The notes beneath the pieces were generated by a model that saw only the letters and a list, made by a program, of their open reading frames with translations, ran no database searches and was not told the DNA's origin. A DNA stretch of 64,000 nucleotides from a virus: the IMG/VR virus record IMGVR_UViG_3300021085_000019, positions 19,653 to 83,652 of that record; one strand, 5' to 3'. The position numbers and the translations under genes are program-made. Position 1 is the stretch's first letter. Each line of letters starts with the position of its first letter. This document shows, piece by piece, positions 19,622 through 30,432 of this stretch.

Positions 19622-20754
19622 TTTCTCATAACAGCAAAATTACTCTTGATGGTTTAGAACTATATTGTGACGCAACAAATCCTAAAAGTTTTGAAGGTGA
19701 GGCTACTACAAATCTATCAAATACTTCGGCCGGAGTAAAGGATTGGACTATCGGCAATCTTGTGGCAAGTGTTTCTTTATCTACGGTTACAACTAATAGC
19801 GTATATAGGATTACTAGTGGGTCTACGGCTGGGGCTTTTAGATTTTATTTTAATGTTAGTAATTTAACGGACGGTGAAACGTATACTATGAGTTTTAGAA
19901 ATAAAATTATCAGTTCAACTGGTGGAGTAACTCCTAATTTTACTCCTACAGATTGGAACGATCAATCTATAACAAAGACACAAACGTTAAATAACGATCA
20001 TTGGTATCATACCGCAACTGGTTCAAGAAGTACATATACAAATACGTATAGATTTATGGATTTTTATATTACTGCAAATACAGTAGTTGAGATATACGAC
20101 GTTCAATTAGAAGAAAAAGATCATGCTACGCCGTACGTGGCGTATCAGAGAAATACATGGAAGGACTTGACTAAAAACGGTTATGATTTAAATTTTGTCA
20201 GTGGAACTCCGGAGTATTCATCTACTAATAACGCGGTGTCCTTTAGAAGCGCTGATACAGAATATAGTACGGCAACTATTGACAAAGGAATACTAAAAGC
20301 TACTAACGAACTTGGAGAGTGGTCGTTAGAATGTCTATTTAAACAAATAAGTGATTCTAATGCCAATGAAGCCGTAATTATAGGAAGAAGCGGACATCAC
20401 GGCGGAATATTAGTTCAGACAAATCATATACGCCATCAAATAAGAACTGTTGATGGTAGTACAGGACAGTTATCTGAATCGGCTGGAAACATGACAAATG
20501 GAAATTGGTATCATAGCGTTATGACATATGAAAATGGTTTAGTAAATTCGTATTTAAATGGCGTATTAGTTTCTTCCGATCAGTTCGACAAAAATACTTA
20601 TAATATACGCGCGTACGATAACACCTTATATGTTGGAGGTATTAGTGGTAGATATCCTAATATTGATTTATCGCTAGTTAGGGCTTACTCTAAAGCTTTA
20701 AATAGCTCTGAAGTTCTTACTAATTATCACGCGACAAAGGGAAGAATGATATGA
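19618..20754 (+). CDS. LamG/concanavalin-A-like virion protein
   Basis: KITLDGLELYCDA start; GNWYHSVMTY...YLNG...AYSKALNSSEVLTNY end. Confidence 0.75.
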   Translation: MISHNSKITLDGLELYCDATNPKSFEGEATTNLSNTSAGVKDWTIGNLVASVSLSTVTTNSVYRITSGSTAGAFRFYFNVSNLTDGETYTMSFRNKIISSTGGVTPNFTPTDWNDQSITKTQTLNNDHWYHTATGSRSTYTNTYRFMDFYITANTVVEIYDVQLEEKDHATPYVAYQRNTWKDLTKNGYDLNFVSGTPEYSSTNNAVSFRSADTEYSTATIDKGILKATNELGEWSLECLFKQISDSNANEAVIIGRSGHHGGILVQTNHIRHQIRTVDGSTGQLSESAGNMTNGNWYHSVMTYENGLVNSYLNGVLVSSDQFDKNTYNIRAYDNTLYVGGISGRYPNIDLSLVRAYSKALNSSEVLTNYHATKGRMI

Positions 20755-22088
20755 GTTTATTAGTTGCCATTGATGCCTATAATCCGTCTAGCTGGAAGGG
20801 TAGACCTACTAACAATTATTTAGCTACTTCTACTTGGGGCCAGGCCAATAGTGTTGGAAGATCTGACAAAAAGCCTTTTGCCAGTAATAGCCACTCTGCT
20901 AGTGGTCAGTTGGCTTCTGATGCAAACTGGTATGTTGGTCCAATTATAAACATTCCAGAATTGCCTGTTGAAGATTGTAATATATTTTATGTGGAAGATA
21001 GTAATCCAGACAATTATTCTAGATGGAGCCCCCACGCTGGGTTTGACATTGACGAATTAGATACACTAGATGTTACTCACGTTTTAAGTTGTTATGTTTA
21101 TATACCTCCAGGAACAACGGTAGGTAATAGCACATTTTCTACGGTCACGCAAAATAGCACAGGTGCGGATTGGCATACACAAAATTCAACCGCTTCTTCG
21201 GCAGTATATAATAGCCAATATAATTATTGGAATTTTACCGCAGATATAAATCAAACTGAGGTACTGGCAAACACTAGCACTCGTGGTTCATGGCAACGAA
21301 TACACGTTCCTTTTGTTCCTAAAAGCACTATTAGAGATCAGGAAAGTGATAGTCCTAGGATAGATAAACTAGGCGGATATTTAAGGCCTAATTTAGTAGG
21401 ACAGTCTAACTATAATTATCTGTACATTGCAGCCAGTCAGCTAGAAGAAGGTAGCTTGCCTAGTCCGTACATTAGAGGCGAAAGATCTAATACAGAATCT
21501 ATATTAGATTTGTCTTCTTATAAGCGAACGGTTACTGCTACATCATTAACATATGGATCCAATGGCAAATGGGAATTCACGAATACGTCAAACGATAAAA
21601 TAACAATAGATAATAACAACGATCTACATCCAGATGGAGACTTTTCAGTTGAGTGGTGGTTTTATTGCGATTCTTCTCAAAATAATCCATATCCAAGAGT
21701 TTTTGATAAAACCAATCCGTTATGCCATATAGGACAGACGTTTCCTACTTATGTAGCATTTAATAAAACAATTGCCGGAAGCACGTTAAGACAAACAACT
21801 GCTTCAAGTCCTATTAATCACAGCACTTGGTACCATATAGCATTTACATATAATGGTAGATACGCAAAAATATATATTGATGGAGTATTAGTCGTAGATA
21901 AAGACTGGACCACTGTAGAATATTTAAGCTCAGGTGGAATTGGGACTGATATGACTATTGGTGGAAACAGCGGAACAAGCAGAAGTTTTAATGGTAAGAT
22001 AGAGATGTTTAAATTCTATAAGGATGAGATATTATCAGCCGCTGAAGTAAAACAAAGTTATTTAAGAGGAAGAGGGAGATACCTATAA
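20751..22088 (+). CDS. LamG/concanavalin-A-like virion protein
   Basis: DFSVEWW, TWYHIAFTY...IYIDG, LSAAEVKQSY. Confidence 0.75.
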   Translation: MSLLVAIDAYNPSSWKGRPTNNYLATSTWGQANSVGRSDKKPFASNSHSASGQLASDANWYVGPIINIPELPVEDCNIFYVEDSNPDNYSRWSPHAGFDIDELDTLDVTHVLSCYVYIPPGTTVGNSTFSTVTQNSTGADWHTQNSTASSAVYNSQYNYWNFTADINQTEVLANTSTRGSWQRIHVPFVPKSTIRDQESDSPRIDKLGGYLRPNLVGQSNYNYLYIAASQLEEGSLPSPYIRGERSNTESILDLSSYKRTVTATSLTYGSNGKWEFTNTSNDKITIDNNNDLHPDGDFSVEWWFYCDSSQNNPYPRVFDKTNPLCHIGQTFPTYVAFNKTIAGSTLRQTTASSPINHSTWYHIAFTYNGRYAKIYIDGVLVVDKDWTTVEYLSSGGIGTDMTIGGNSGTSRSFNGKIEMFKFYKDEILSAAEVKQSYLRGRGRYL

Positions 22089-22090
22089 GG

Positions 22091-22098
22091 TATAAATA
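22091..22098 (+). promoter_or_regulatory. T4-type late promoter
   Basis: Intergenic TATAAATA. Confidence 0.75.
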
Positions 22099-22103
22099 GA
22101 AGC

Positions 22104-22298
22104 ATGCAAGCTAATTTTAAGTATAATAAATCAACTGGAGAACTTACAATCGTAGATAAAGATGGTGAGGAAATGTCAGTACACGCAGAAATTACATCTG
22201 ATACACCGACTAGAGTATTGTTTTATGTGCAATGCGACGTCGAAGATGATTTTAGTTTATATCCATATTTAGAACCAGGAGTTGACGATGGCGACTAG
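22104..22298 (+). CDS. Hypothetical protein (64 aa)
   Basis: Fills the gap directly after a late promoter; overlaps the next gene. Confidence 0.55.
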   Translation: MQANFKYNKSTGELTIVDKDGEEMSVHAEITSDTPTRVLFYVQCDVEDDFSLYPYLEPGVDDGD

Positions 22299-24840
22299 AA
22301 CATCATCCCAGTCAGGAAATTTTAATTCTACCTCAACTTGGGGAGGCTCTGCAGTTCCCGTAGATGGAGATCAATTTGTGGTTTCTGCCGGTCATATAGT
22401 AACCGTTAGCGATGATCGCAGAACTACTAACGGTTATCATGATTCTACGTGTTATGGAAAGCTTCATATTACTGGTTCTGGCAAAATACGAATGAACGGC
22501 AATTTTACAGTTGATCACGTAAATGGTACCGGCGGAACAAATGCTAATGATATAAATTATTATTTTATAGAAAACAACGCAAATACCGGGCCGTATTTTT
22601 TAATGGACAACGGTGCTATTTTTGAAATAAAAGGTAACGATGCAGACCAACATTCGATTAGAATGAAAGGTCGATACGTAATGACATTTGAAGTTAATGG
22701 TAATAATCCTAATCAAGAAACTACGTTAAATGGCGCAAAGACTATAGGATCTACGGCGCTGACGTTTACTTCAGCATCTGGCTTTGCCGCAGGTGATTGG
22801 ATTCAAGTTTATAGAACTCTTGAAAATACAAATCAATACTGGAATCACGGAAAAATGGATGAAGGGTTTATTGTGCATGATGTGAGCGGTAACGCCGTTT
22901 ATTTTAGACAATTTGTTTCTCCTACTGCGGTTATTGAAAAAGTTAATGGAACTAAGGTACGAGTCGATGATGCATCGGCGTTTAGAGTTGGACAAAAGGT
23001 TATTTTTGGAACTGGATCAAACAGAAATATTAAGACTATTACAGATATAGGGCTTGGCGGTAATCGTATAACATTTAATAACGCTGTTGCTGGTAGTGTA
23101 GTAGGAGAAACTATGTACCAAACTGGAACAGAAAAATATCATTATGATGATGATGCTGTTCAAAAAGTTGCAACACCGTTAACTGCAGACTCTAATGCAG
23201 GAACTAATCAGATTACAGTAGCTTCTACTGCCGGTATGGCAGTAGGCAAAAGAATATTAATTGACGCAAACAATCCTTCAGATACTAACTGGGATTATGA
23301 AGCTAGATATACTATTTCTGCGATAAGTGGCAATACAATTACGTTAACAACAAATTTAGCAAATGACCGTAAAGCAAGAACAACTTCAAATCCTGGCGGC
23401 TGGGTGCTTATCTACGATAGAGATACACAAATTAGGGCTGCTACTATTCAAGAAGACGGCGGGGCTAGTACATCAGAGGATAGACCGTTTATTTACATCG
23501 AAGGAACTACAAGCAGCAACGCATATAAAAGACGATTTAGGTTGCGGAATTGTTTGTTTGAAGGTATAGGATCTAATAGTAAAAATAGTACTTGGTATAG
23601 AGGAGTAATGTGTCGTGGTTACTTTAGTTATGACAATGCTTCTCATGGTCAATATGCTTCTGGAATTGAAGGTAATGTGTATACGCCAAACAATAGTGGC
23701 AATAATTCTTCATTTGCTGTAAGAGATTTTCACCAAGGGTATATTAAGCGTAATGTCTATTACAACGGTCATCAAAACATGTGGAGATATTCTAGTGGTA
23801 ATAACATGCAGATTATGGGAAATTACTCAACTAGGTCTTCATATTCATCTTTTCATTTTGATGGTTTTTACGAGCCTTATACCGAATTTGCATATAACTA
23901 TGGTTCTAGGTCAGACGATTATGGTGTATTAGTACATCATCAGCGTGCAGCATCATCTTTAATACGACATAATTACTTGTTGTTTCATGAGCAACGGCCT
24001 TGGTATGAATATTATACTGCTGGCAATGTAGTTCGCGATAGAAATTACTTTGACTTTTATAGATCTTGGCCTATTTTAGGAACTGGCGGAAATGTAAATT
24101 GGCTAAACTCTTATTTTGGAAATCAATGGGATGCTACTGGCGGAGCAACAACTCCGGTAAACGGAGTACAAATACAGGGTAATGGCAACCAGTCTCCGGA
24201 TAGATCATATAAAAACGAAATTATGACTTCAATTAATCATAATTTTAAAATAAACGATACTGCGCAATGGACATATCGAAGATGGAGAACTTGGGACAAT
24301 GATGAAAACGCATGGAAAAATTATGTAGATACTAATTCCAGCAACGAAGGTGGTTTTGCAGAATCAGTGTATGTTCCAGCTGGCGCTACAGTTTATATTG
24401 CTGGAGAATTAAAATTAAGTAGTGGATTTAGTGGGACAATGCCGTATATAGTAGGTAGGTGTGTAAACAGCTACCTACAAGGAAGATTCTACGATGGATC
24501 TGCTACAAGTGGACAGCAATCAGGAGTATCTCCAGATTCTTACTGGGGTGGCTTCTTTGAACAAAATCAATTTACAACAGCGGCCGCTTCTGGTTATGAA
24601 AGAAAGACTGTTACAATTGATCCTGTAAATTATGATTATTATATTACAGCTTATATAAGATCTACATCAACAAACCAAGGTGATGGAGATGAACATTGGT
24701 TTGAAAAACCAATTGAAATTTATATGGATAAAGGAAGCGGCGTAAAAGAACGAAAATTTATGACACATCAACAATCTAGAAGAGGATTTAACAACTCGAC
24801 CACTCGAAGAGTAAAGCGTATTGGCGGTAGATTAAAATGA
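22282..24840 (+). CDS. Virion protein with G8-like N-terminus and probable beta-helix (tailspike/depolymerase-like)
   Basis: SSQSGNFNSTSTWGG..VP..GD...V.AGH.VTV N-terminus; N/Y-rich beta-helix-like central region; likely start at ATG 22288 after AGGAG. Confidence 0.55.
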   Translation: MTMATRTSSQSGNFNSTSTWGGSAVPVDGDQFVVSAGHIVTVSDDRRTTNGYHDSTCYGKLHITGSGKIRMNGNFTVDHVNGTGGTNANDINYYFIENNANTGPYFLMDNGAIFEIKGNDADQHSIRMKGRYVMTFEVNGNNPNQETTLNGAKTIGSTALTFTSASGFAAGDWIQVYRTLENTNQYWNHGKMDEGFIVHDVSGNAVYFRQFVSPTAVIEKVNGTKVRVDDASAFRVGQKVIFGTGSNRNIKTITDIGLGGNRITFNNAVAGSVVGETMYQTGTEKYHYDDDAVQKVATPLTADSNAGTNQITVASTAGMAVGKRILIDANNPSDTNWDYEARYTISAISGNTITLTTNLANDRKARTTSNPGGWVLIYDRDTQIRAATIQEDGGASTSEDRPFIYIEGTTSSNAYKRRFRLRNCLFEGIGSNSKNSTWYRGVMCRGYFSYDNASHGQYASGIEGNVYTPNNSGNNSSFAVRDFHQGYIKRNVYYNGHQNMWRYSSGNNMQIMGNYSTRSSYSSFHFDGFYEPYTEFAYNYGSRSDDYGVLVHHQRAASSLIRHNYLLFHEQRPWYEYYTAGNVVRDRNYFDFYRSWPILGTGGNVNWLNSYFGNQWDATGGATTPVNGVQIQGNGNQSPDRSYKNEIMTSINHNFKINDTAQWTYRRWRTWDNDENAWKNYVDTNSSNEGGFAESVYVPAGATVYIAGELKLSSGFSGTMPYIVGRCVNSYLQGRFYDGSATSGQQSGVSPDSYWGGFFEQNQFTTAAASGYERKTVTIDPVNYDYYITAYIRSTSTNQGDGDEHWFEKPIEIYMDKGSGVKERKFMTHQQSRRGFNNSTTRRVKRIGGRLK

Positions 24841-24841
24841 G

Positions 24842-24849
24842 TATAAATA
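24842..24849 (+). promoter_or_regulatory. T4-type late promoter
   Basis: Intergenic TATAAATA. Confidence 0.8.
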
Positions 24850-24874
24850 AGAGTATAATTGGAGGAAATGACTA

Positions 24875-27800
24875 ATGTCAGATGATTTACTGATAACCCC
24901 GGGATCGAGAAAGCAAGAGTTTAAAGATTCTTCTGGGAACGTCGACGCAAAAATTGAAACGGATTCCAGTGGCAATCTTAAGATTACTAATGCTGGTGGT
25001 GATATCGAAATTGGAGATACTTCTTCTGATGTATATATTGGTGACGGTACTAACAGCGTCGATATTGTTTTTGAACAAGATGGTAGCATTCGTGGTACAT
25101 CCGGAGTAACGCTTACATTAGGCGCAAGCGGAAGTAATGTGTCATTAGCGTCAGATCTTTCTTTAGGAGGCAATGATTTAACTAATGTAGGTGATCTTAC
25201 GATTACTGGAAATTTAAATATTACTGGCGATATCAATAGCACATCTGTTACTAACTTAGACGTTACTGATAAAACAATTACAGTTGGTATTGGCCAAAAT
25301 GAAGCTTCTTCCGGTGGTTCTGGATTAATTGTTGATGGTTCAGGCGCCCAAATGCTTTGGGACGAAACCGATAACAGGTTTGAATTTAATAAGAATGTGT
25401 ACACAACGGGACAATGGCAAGGAAACGGTTCAGGCCTAAATACTTTAAATGCTTCTAATATTTCAAGTGGCACTATTGCAGATGCTCGATTATCGTCAAA
25501 AGTATTTTTAGCAAATAATAGTGGAACTATTTCCGGAGGTAATTCGCAGGACTTTAATGATAAAACTGCTAATGGTATTCATTATATTTCAAATTGGCCT
25601 AATGGCACAGGAACAGCTAACGGGCCTGCGCACGAGGGTAATGCATATGGTTGGGGTATGCTTCGTGTAACTCAATTTATAGACAATGATAATTATGTAG
25701 TGCAAGAATATATACCACACAATGATGATGGTGCTTTTATTCGTGTAAAATGGAATGGCACATGGGGTCCCTGGAGACAAAGCTGGACAAGTAGAAGCGA
25801 TGGTGCAAGCTCAGGCCTTGATGCGGATAAGTTAGATGGCCAACAAGGTTCTTATTATGCAGCTGCCTCTAGTATTCCTTCTGTAGGCAATGGCACTCTT
25901 ACTATTTCTACGTCAGGAATTGTTTCTGGCGGAGGGACTTTTACAGCAAACCAAAGTGGTAATACTTCTATTACAATATCTGCATCAGAATCTGATACTT
26001 TGGATTCTGTAACTGATAGGGGAAACACTACACCAAACCAAATTGGTGTTGGCGGAGCATCTATACATACAACGGGCGGAACTCACGGACTTATAACAAA
26101 TTCATTCTCAATACATTCAAGTGGAAGTGACTTAATGTATATGAGACCTTCTGCATTGAGATCGGATAACGGATTTTTTCAATGGCAAACATATAATGGT
26201 AATAATGATGGTGATATTGAACTACAGCCTTATGGTGGTTCTGTAACAATATCAACTGGAAGTTCTGCAACTTCTTCAGATAGAGGTCTTAGATTTCAAA
26301 CAGGTTCAGGAAGTTACTCAGACGGCCGTTGGCAACATAGATTTAGAAAGCAAGATAAAGGTGGAGGAATACCACTTTATATTGATGTTTCAACTTCTAC
26401 CGCAAACTCATTTAGTGAACTAGCTAGATTTGGTACGTACACTGGTAACAGCTATGAGTTTGAGGTTACAGGTGATATAAACGCAACTGGTGCTGTATAT
26501 TCTAATGGTAACCAGGTACTTACATCACACCAATCTTTATCGGCGTATGCTCCAATAGCCAGCCCAACATTTACTGGCGACTTAAATATGCCAAACAAAT
26601 TAAGGCATGACGGTGATACAAATACATACATACAGTTCCATGCAGCAGACCAATTTAGAGTTGTGGCCGGTGGTAATGAGGTAACAGAATGGCGTTCAGA
26701 TAGAATGCAGATGAATGGAGTAAAGCCAATCACGTGGACCAGTTGGGATAGCTTTAGTGAAACTGCTCTAAGTGGGTTCGGATATTCAGCACTTAACGCT
26801 CCAATACATTTGCCGGCGTTCAACGTACAAACTACAAACAAATATTTACCTTTCCTACAGGGTTCTGCTCAACATGGTTCAGGTTATAGAACAAGTTATG
26901 TGTTTGGAGCCTATAAGAGGGCTGTACTTGATAACGGAACAACTCAGGCTAGCTGGGGAGATGGCCATACCGGCTTCTTTATGGCTATGGGTGAGAATGA
27001 TAGTAACCCTACTGAAGAATTTAGATTTTCTTGGGATGGAAAAATATGGCATAGCGGAAGCGGAAATGGTAGTACTTATATTGATTATGGTGATGCAAAC
27101 GTATTAAAGTTTGTCGCGAATAGCACACAAAGAATGGAAATTACTGCTGGAGGAACTACTTTTAATGATAATGTGAACATTGGAGATAATCAATTAGAAA
27201 ATATTGGTGATGCTTACTTTAATGAATATCTGTATCATACTGATGATACAGACACTTATATTAGATTTGAAGCAAACTCAATGAAATTTAGAACAGGCGG
27301 TGGCGATAGATTACAAGTTACGAATGATACGGTAACCGTAAATGCAAACCTAGACTTAAAAGCAGAAGATGGTACAGGTACAAACTCTATTCACTTACCA
27401 AGAGGCGGGCAAATTACATTCTATGGAGATGGTAGCGCTCATCATAGTATAGCATCTACAAGCAGTTCCAATAGCGTTACGGATGACATGAGAATTTCAT
27501 CTTATGGAGCTGTATACGTTGACTTAGATTCAAACAATAATAATACTTCTACTGCAAATTTTGTTATTGCAAGACATAACACTGCAGCGGCCCTATTTGA
27601 AGTGGATGGAGAGACAGGAGCAGGAAAGGGTATGCATTCATATCCAAATGCTGGAGCTGATGGTGTATCTCTTATGTCATACGCTCAGGGAACTGTACCG
27701 ATCAATCAAGGCGTTGTACAGATCAGGTCAGTTGGTAAAACTGGTTGGGCCAATGGCGACGAGATGGGTAGTATCGATTGGTATAACAGCGATGGTTCAG

Positions 27801-29407
27801 GAGTAGGCGCAAGAAATCTTGCAAGAATTGTTGCAGTAAATACCCAAGGTAATGGTTCAAGTACCACTACTTTTAATGGTGAACTTCATTTTTACACCTC
27901 AGATTACAATACTGCTCAGTTAAATGCTCCTGCAATGAAGATTACCGCGAGTAATAAAGTAGTTATTGGAGATGGTACTGATGCAGGTTCTTGTCTACAG
28001 TTAAGACCTGCTGATGATGGCGCTGCTGATGATATACAGTTCTACAATGGCTCTACACGAGTGGGAGAAATCGGAACACAAGACACTAGTTGGTTAAGAA
28101 TAAACCAAACAACAAGCAAAAACATTTACACTCCTCGTTATATTCGAGCTGATAGTGGATTGTTTGTGATGGAATCAAGTGTAAACTACGGAATTAATAA
28201 TTCTGGTAATGGAGTATTTAGGACTGCAGCTACTGTTGGAGCTACTGATATAACTGGTACGGTAACAGTTCATGACGGGTCCGGCGAATTATGTTCATTG
28301 AATGGTTGGGGATTATCAATGGCCCGCGGTGCTTCATATATTAGGCCGAGCACGGATAATGATAAAATACTTTATATTGGAGGTGCAGATGCATCTTTAG
28401 ATTGGAACTCAATATATTTTAGAAGTGGAAATGGTCTTTATATGACCGGCGTTCGTTTCATGGATAGCGGTAGAAATATAGAAAACGTACCTCTGGCAAC
28501 TATAGGTAAATTGCATGTTGGCGGTGATACAACTAATTACCCAGATGGTAACGATCCCGACATTTCTACTGATGACATGTTTGCCACAGTAAAAGTAGTT
28601 TCTCCAAAGTTTGTATGGCTTAACGATGCATCTGGCGATGATAACTATGTTATCTGTGACGATGGCAATACTGCGTATTCAGTCGACGGTAACAGCGCAG
28701 GGGCTTGGTGGAAATGGTATGGAGATAAAACCTTAAGCCACGCCGGACATGTCTTTGATTATTGGAAAGGTAAAGGTGCCGAATTAAGCCAGAATATAAA
28801 AATGAGTACTACCGGCGGTGAAATTCGCTTTTATATTGACACATACTCAATAAATGCATATGGCCAATCAGTATTTAGAGGCGGCAGTACTACTGATCAT
28901 GATAGCAGGAATGGAATAAGATTTTATCATTCGATGGGCCCTCAAATGACATTGTGGTATCATGCTTCTGGAACTGGCGTTGGTAATATGAAAATATTCT
29001 CTTCTAATAGTGGTGTTGGTGATTGTTTTCAATTTACTCCTACTGGTGCTTTTCATGCTAAGGGAGATATTACTGCGTTTTCGACCACAACCACTTCAGA
29101 TGCTAGATTAAAGGAAAACGTAAGAGATTTAGAAGGATCATTAGATAGAACACTGAAATTAAGAGGTGTAAAGTTTGATTGGATTGATGAGAGTAAGTCA
29201 AAAGACAATTTAGGATTTATTGCTCAAGAAGTAGAAGAAGTAATACCCGAGGTTGTAAAAGACATTACAAATATCGATGGGGAAGAACACAAAGTAGTAA
29301 ATTATCAAGCAGTTGTTCCAGTACTAGTAGAAGCAATAAAGGAGCAACAAAGTCTTATAAATAGATTAGAGGAAAGACTAAAAGTACTCGAAGAGGGCGA
29401 GAAATAA
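24875..29407 (+). CDS. Tail fibre protein with knob domain and C-terminal S74 chaperone
   Basis: GLDADKLDG motif; knob-like VQEY..FIR....WGPW; SDARLKENV...GFIAQEVEEVIPE. Confidence 0.8.
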   Translation: MSDDLLITPGSRKQEFKDSSGNVDAKIETDSSGNLKITNAGGDIEIGDTSSDVYIGDGTNSVDIVFEQDGSIRGTSGVTLTLGASGSNVSLASDLSLGGNDLTNVGDLTITGNLNITGDINSTSVTNLDVTDKTITVGIGQNEASSGGSGLIVDGSGAQMLWDETDNRFEFNKNVYTTGQWQGNGSGLNTLNASNISSGTIADARLSSKVFLANNSGTISGGNSQDFNDKTANGIHYISNWPNGTGTANGPAHEGNAYGWGMLRVTQFIDNDNYVVQEYIPHNDDGAFIRVKWNGTWGPWRQSWTSRSDGASSGLDADKLDGQQGSYYAAASSIPSVGNGTLTISTSGIVSGGGTFTANQSGNTSITISASESDTLDSVTDRGNTTPNQIGVGGASIHTTGGTHGLITNSFSIHSSGSDLMYMRPSALRSDNGFFQWQTYNGNNDGDIELQPYGGSVTISTGSSATSSDRGLRFQTGSGSYSDGRWQHRFRKQDKGGGIPLYIDVSTSTANSFSELARFGTYTGNSYEFEVTGDINATGAVYSNGNQVLTSHQSLSAYAPIASPTFTGDLNMPNKLRHDGDTNTYIQFHAADQFRVVAGGNEVTEWRSDRMQMNGVKPITWTSWDSFSETALSGFGYSALNAPIHLPAFNVQTTNKYLPFLQGSAQHGSGYRTSYVFGAYKRAVLDNGTTQASWGDGHTGFFMAMGENDSNPTEEFRFSWDGKIWHSGSGNGSTYIDYGDANVLKFVANSTQRMEITAGGTTFNDNVNIGDNQLENIGDAYFNEYLYHTDDTDTYIRFEANSMKFRTGGGDRLQVTNDTVTVNANLDLKAEDGTGTNSIHLPRGGQITFYGDGSAHHSIASTSSSNSVTDDMRISSYGAVYVDLDSNNNNTSTANFVIARHNTAAALFEVDGETGAGKGMHSYPNAGADGVSLMSYAQGTVPINQGVVQIRSVGKTGWANGDEMGSIDWYNSDGSGVGARNLARIVAVNTQGNGSSTTTFNGELHFYTSDYNTAQLNAPAMKITASNKVVIGDGTDAGSCLQLRPADDGAADDIQFYNGSTRVGEIGTQDTSWLRINQTTSKNIYTPRYIRADSGLFVMESSVNYGINNSGNGVFRTAATVGATDITGTVTVHDGSGELCSLNGWGLSMARGASYIRPSTDNDKILYIGGADASLDWNSIYFRSGNGLYMTGVRFMDSGRNIENVPLATIGKLHVGGDTTNYPDGNDPDISTDDMFATVKVVSPKFVWLNDASGDDNYVICDDGNTAYSVDGNSAGAWWKWYGDKTLSHAGHVFDYWKGKGAELSQNIKMSTTGGEIRFYIDTYSINAYGQSVFRGGSTTDHDSRNGIRFYHSMGPQMTLWYHASGTGVGNMKIFSSNSGVGDCFQFTPTGAFHAKGDITAFSTTTTSDARLKENVRDLEGSLDRTLKLRGVKFDWIDESKSKDNLGFIAQEVEEVIPEVVKDITNIDGEEHKVVNYQAVVPVLVEAIKEQQSLINRLEERLKVLEEGEK
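29356..29363 (+). promoter_or_regulatory. T4-type late promoter (intragenic)
   Basis: TATAAATA about 45 nt upstream of 29409; a second copy at 29525-29532 precedes g13. Confidence 0.55.
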
Positions 29408-29408
29408 C

Positions 29409-29678
29409 ATGGCAATTACAAAAACAAGGAAAATTGAGAATATAAAGGTATTACCAGCTGAGGATCAATCTTTAGAGGCTGATGTATCAACTAATAGAGC
29501 TAATCCTACAGTCACGGTTGTGTATATAAATACATGGGACGATCCTAACGACGGCGACTTACCTGTAGTATCACCGTCCTCTCATGTAATATTTAGATAT
29601 CAAGACGACGGAACAAGCACTGACTATTCGACGCACGATGAGTTGGTTAGATCAATATGCTTGGCAACTTGGAGTTAA
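29409..29678 (+). CDS. Hypothetical protein, possible fibre assembly factor
   Basis: Directly follows the S74 fibre gene. Confidence 0.6.
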   Translation: MAITKTRKIENIKVLPAEDQSLEADVSTNRANPTVTVVYINTWDDPNDGDLPVVSPSSHVIFRYQDDGTSTDYSTHDELVRSICLATWS

Positions 29679-29681
29679 AAA

Positions 29682-30428
29682 ATGGCAAAACCAAATAGCA
29701 GAACAACATTAATAGACTATTGCTTTAGAGCCTTAGGTGCACCTGTAATTGAAATTAATGTTGACGATGATCAAGTCGATGATAGGATTGATGAAGCGTT
29801 ACAATTCTACCAACATTATCATGCAGATGCTATTGAAAAGGTGTTTCTAAAGCATCAGGTAACTGCAGATGATATCACTAATGGATACTTAACAGTTCCA
29901 GATTTAGTTACAGATGTTGTTCAAATATTCCCTCTAAGAGAAAGCGGCGGCCATAATATGTTTGATATTCAATATCAGATGCATTTAAATGATATGTACT
30001 CTCTTGGTTATATGGGATCTCTCGTAGAATATGAGATGGCACAACAATGGCTATCTATGTTGGATCTTATTATGGATTCAGACACTAAGCATCTTAGCTT
30101 TGATAGACATAAAAACCAATTACGAATTGACATGGATTGGTCTAAAGAAGTAGAAGTTGATGAGTATATAATTATTGAGTGTTATAGAATTTTAGATCCA
30201 ACCACATACACTGATGTTTATAACGATTATTTTTTAAAACGATATGCTACTGCTTTAATAAAAATGCAATGGGGAATTAACCTATCGAAGTTTGAAGGTA
30301 TGGTAATGCCTGGTGGTGTAACATTTAACGGACGTCAAATACTAGAAGATGCTAAAGAAGAAATCGAAAAATTAAATGAAGAAGTCAGACTAAATTGGGA
30401 ACAACCAGTCGACTTTTACACAGGGTAA
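29682..30428 (+). CDS. g13: Neck protein gp13
   Basis: LGAPVIEINVDDDQVDDRIDEALQ; KFEGMVMPGGVTFNG; synteny. Confidence 0.93.
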   Translation: MAKPNSRTTLIDYCFRALGAPVIEINVDDDQVDDRIDEALQFYQHYHADAIEKVFLKHQVTADDITNGYLTVPDLVTDVVQIFPLRESGGHNMFDIQYQMHLNDMYSLGYMGSLVEYEMAQQWLSMLDLIMDSDTKHLSFDRHKNQLRIDMDWSKEVEVDEYIIIECYRILDPTTYTDVYNDYFLKRYATALIKMQWGINLSKFEGMVMPGGVTFNGRQILEDAKEEIEKLNEEVRLNWEQPVDFYTG

Positions 30429-30432
30429 TTAA

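Noticed and set aside
2151-29407. Diversity-generating retroelement suggested by Mtd_N-like domains and lectin folds
   Set aside because: No reverse transcriptase and no adenine-mismatched TR/VR repeat pair is visible in the window.
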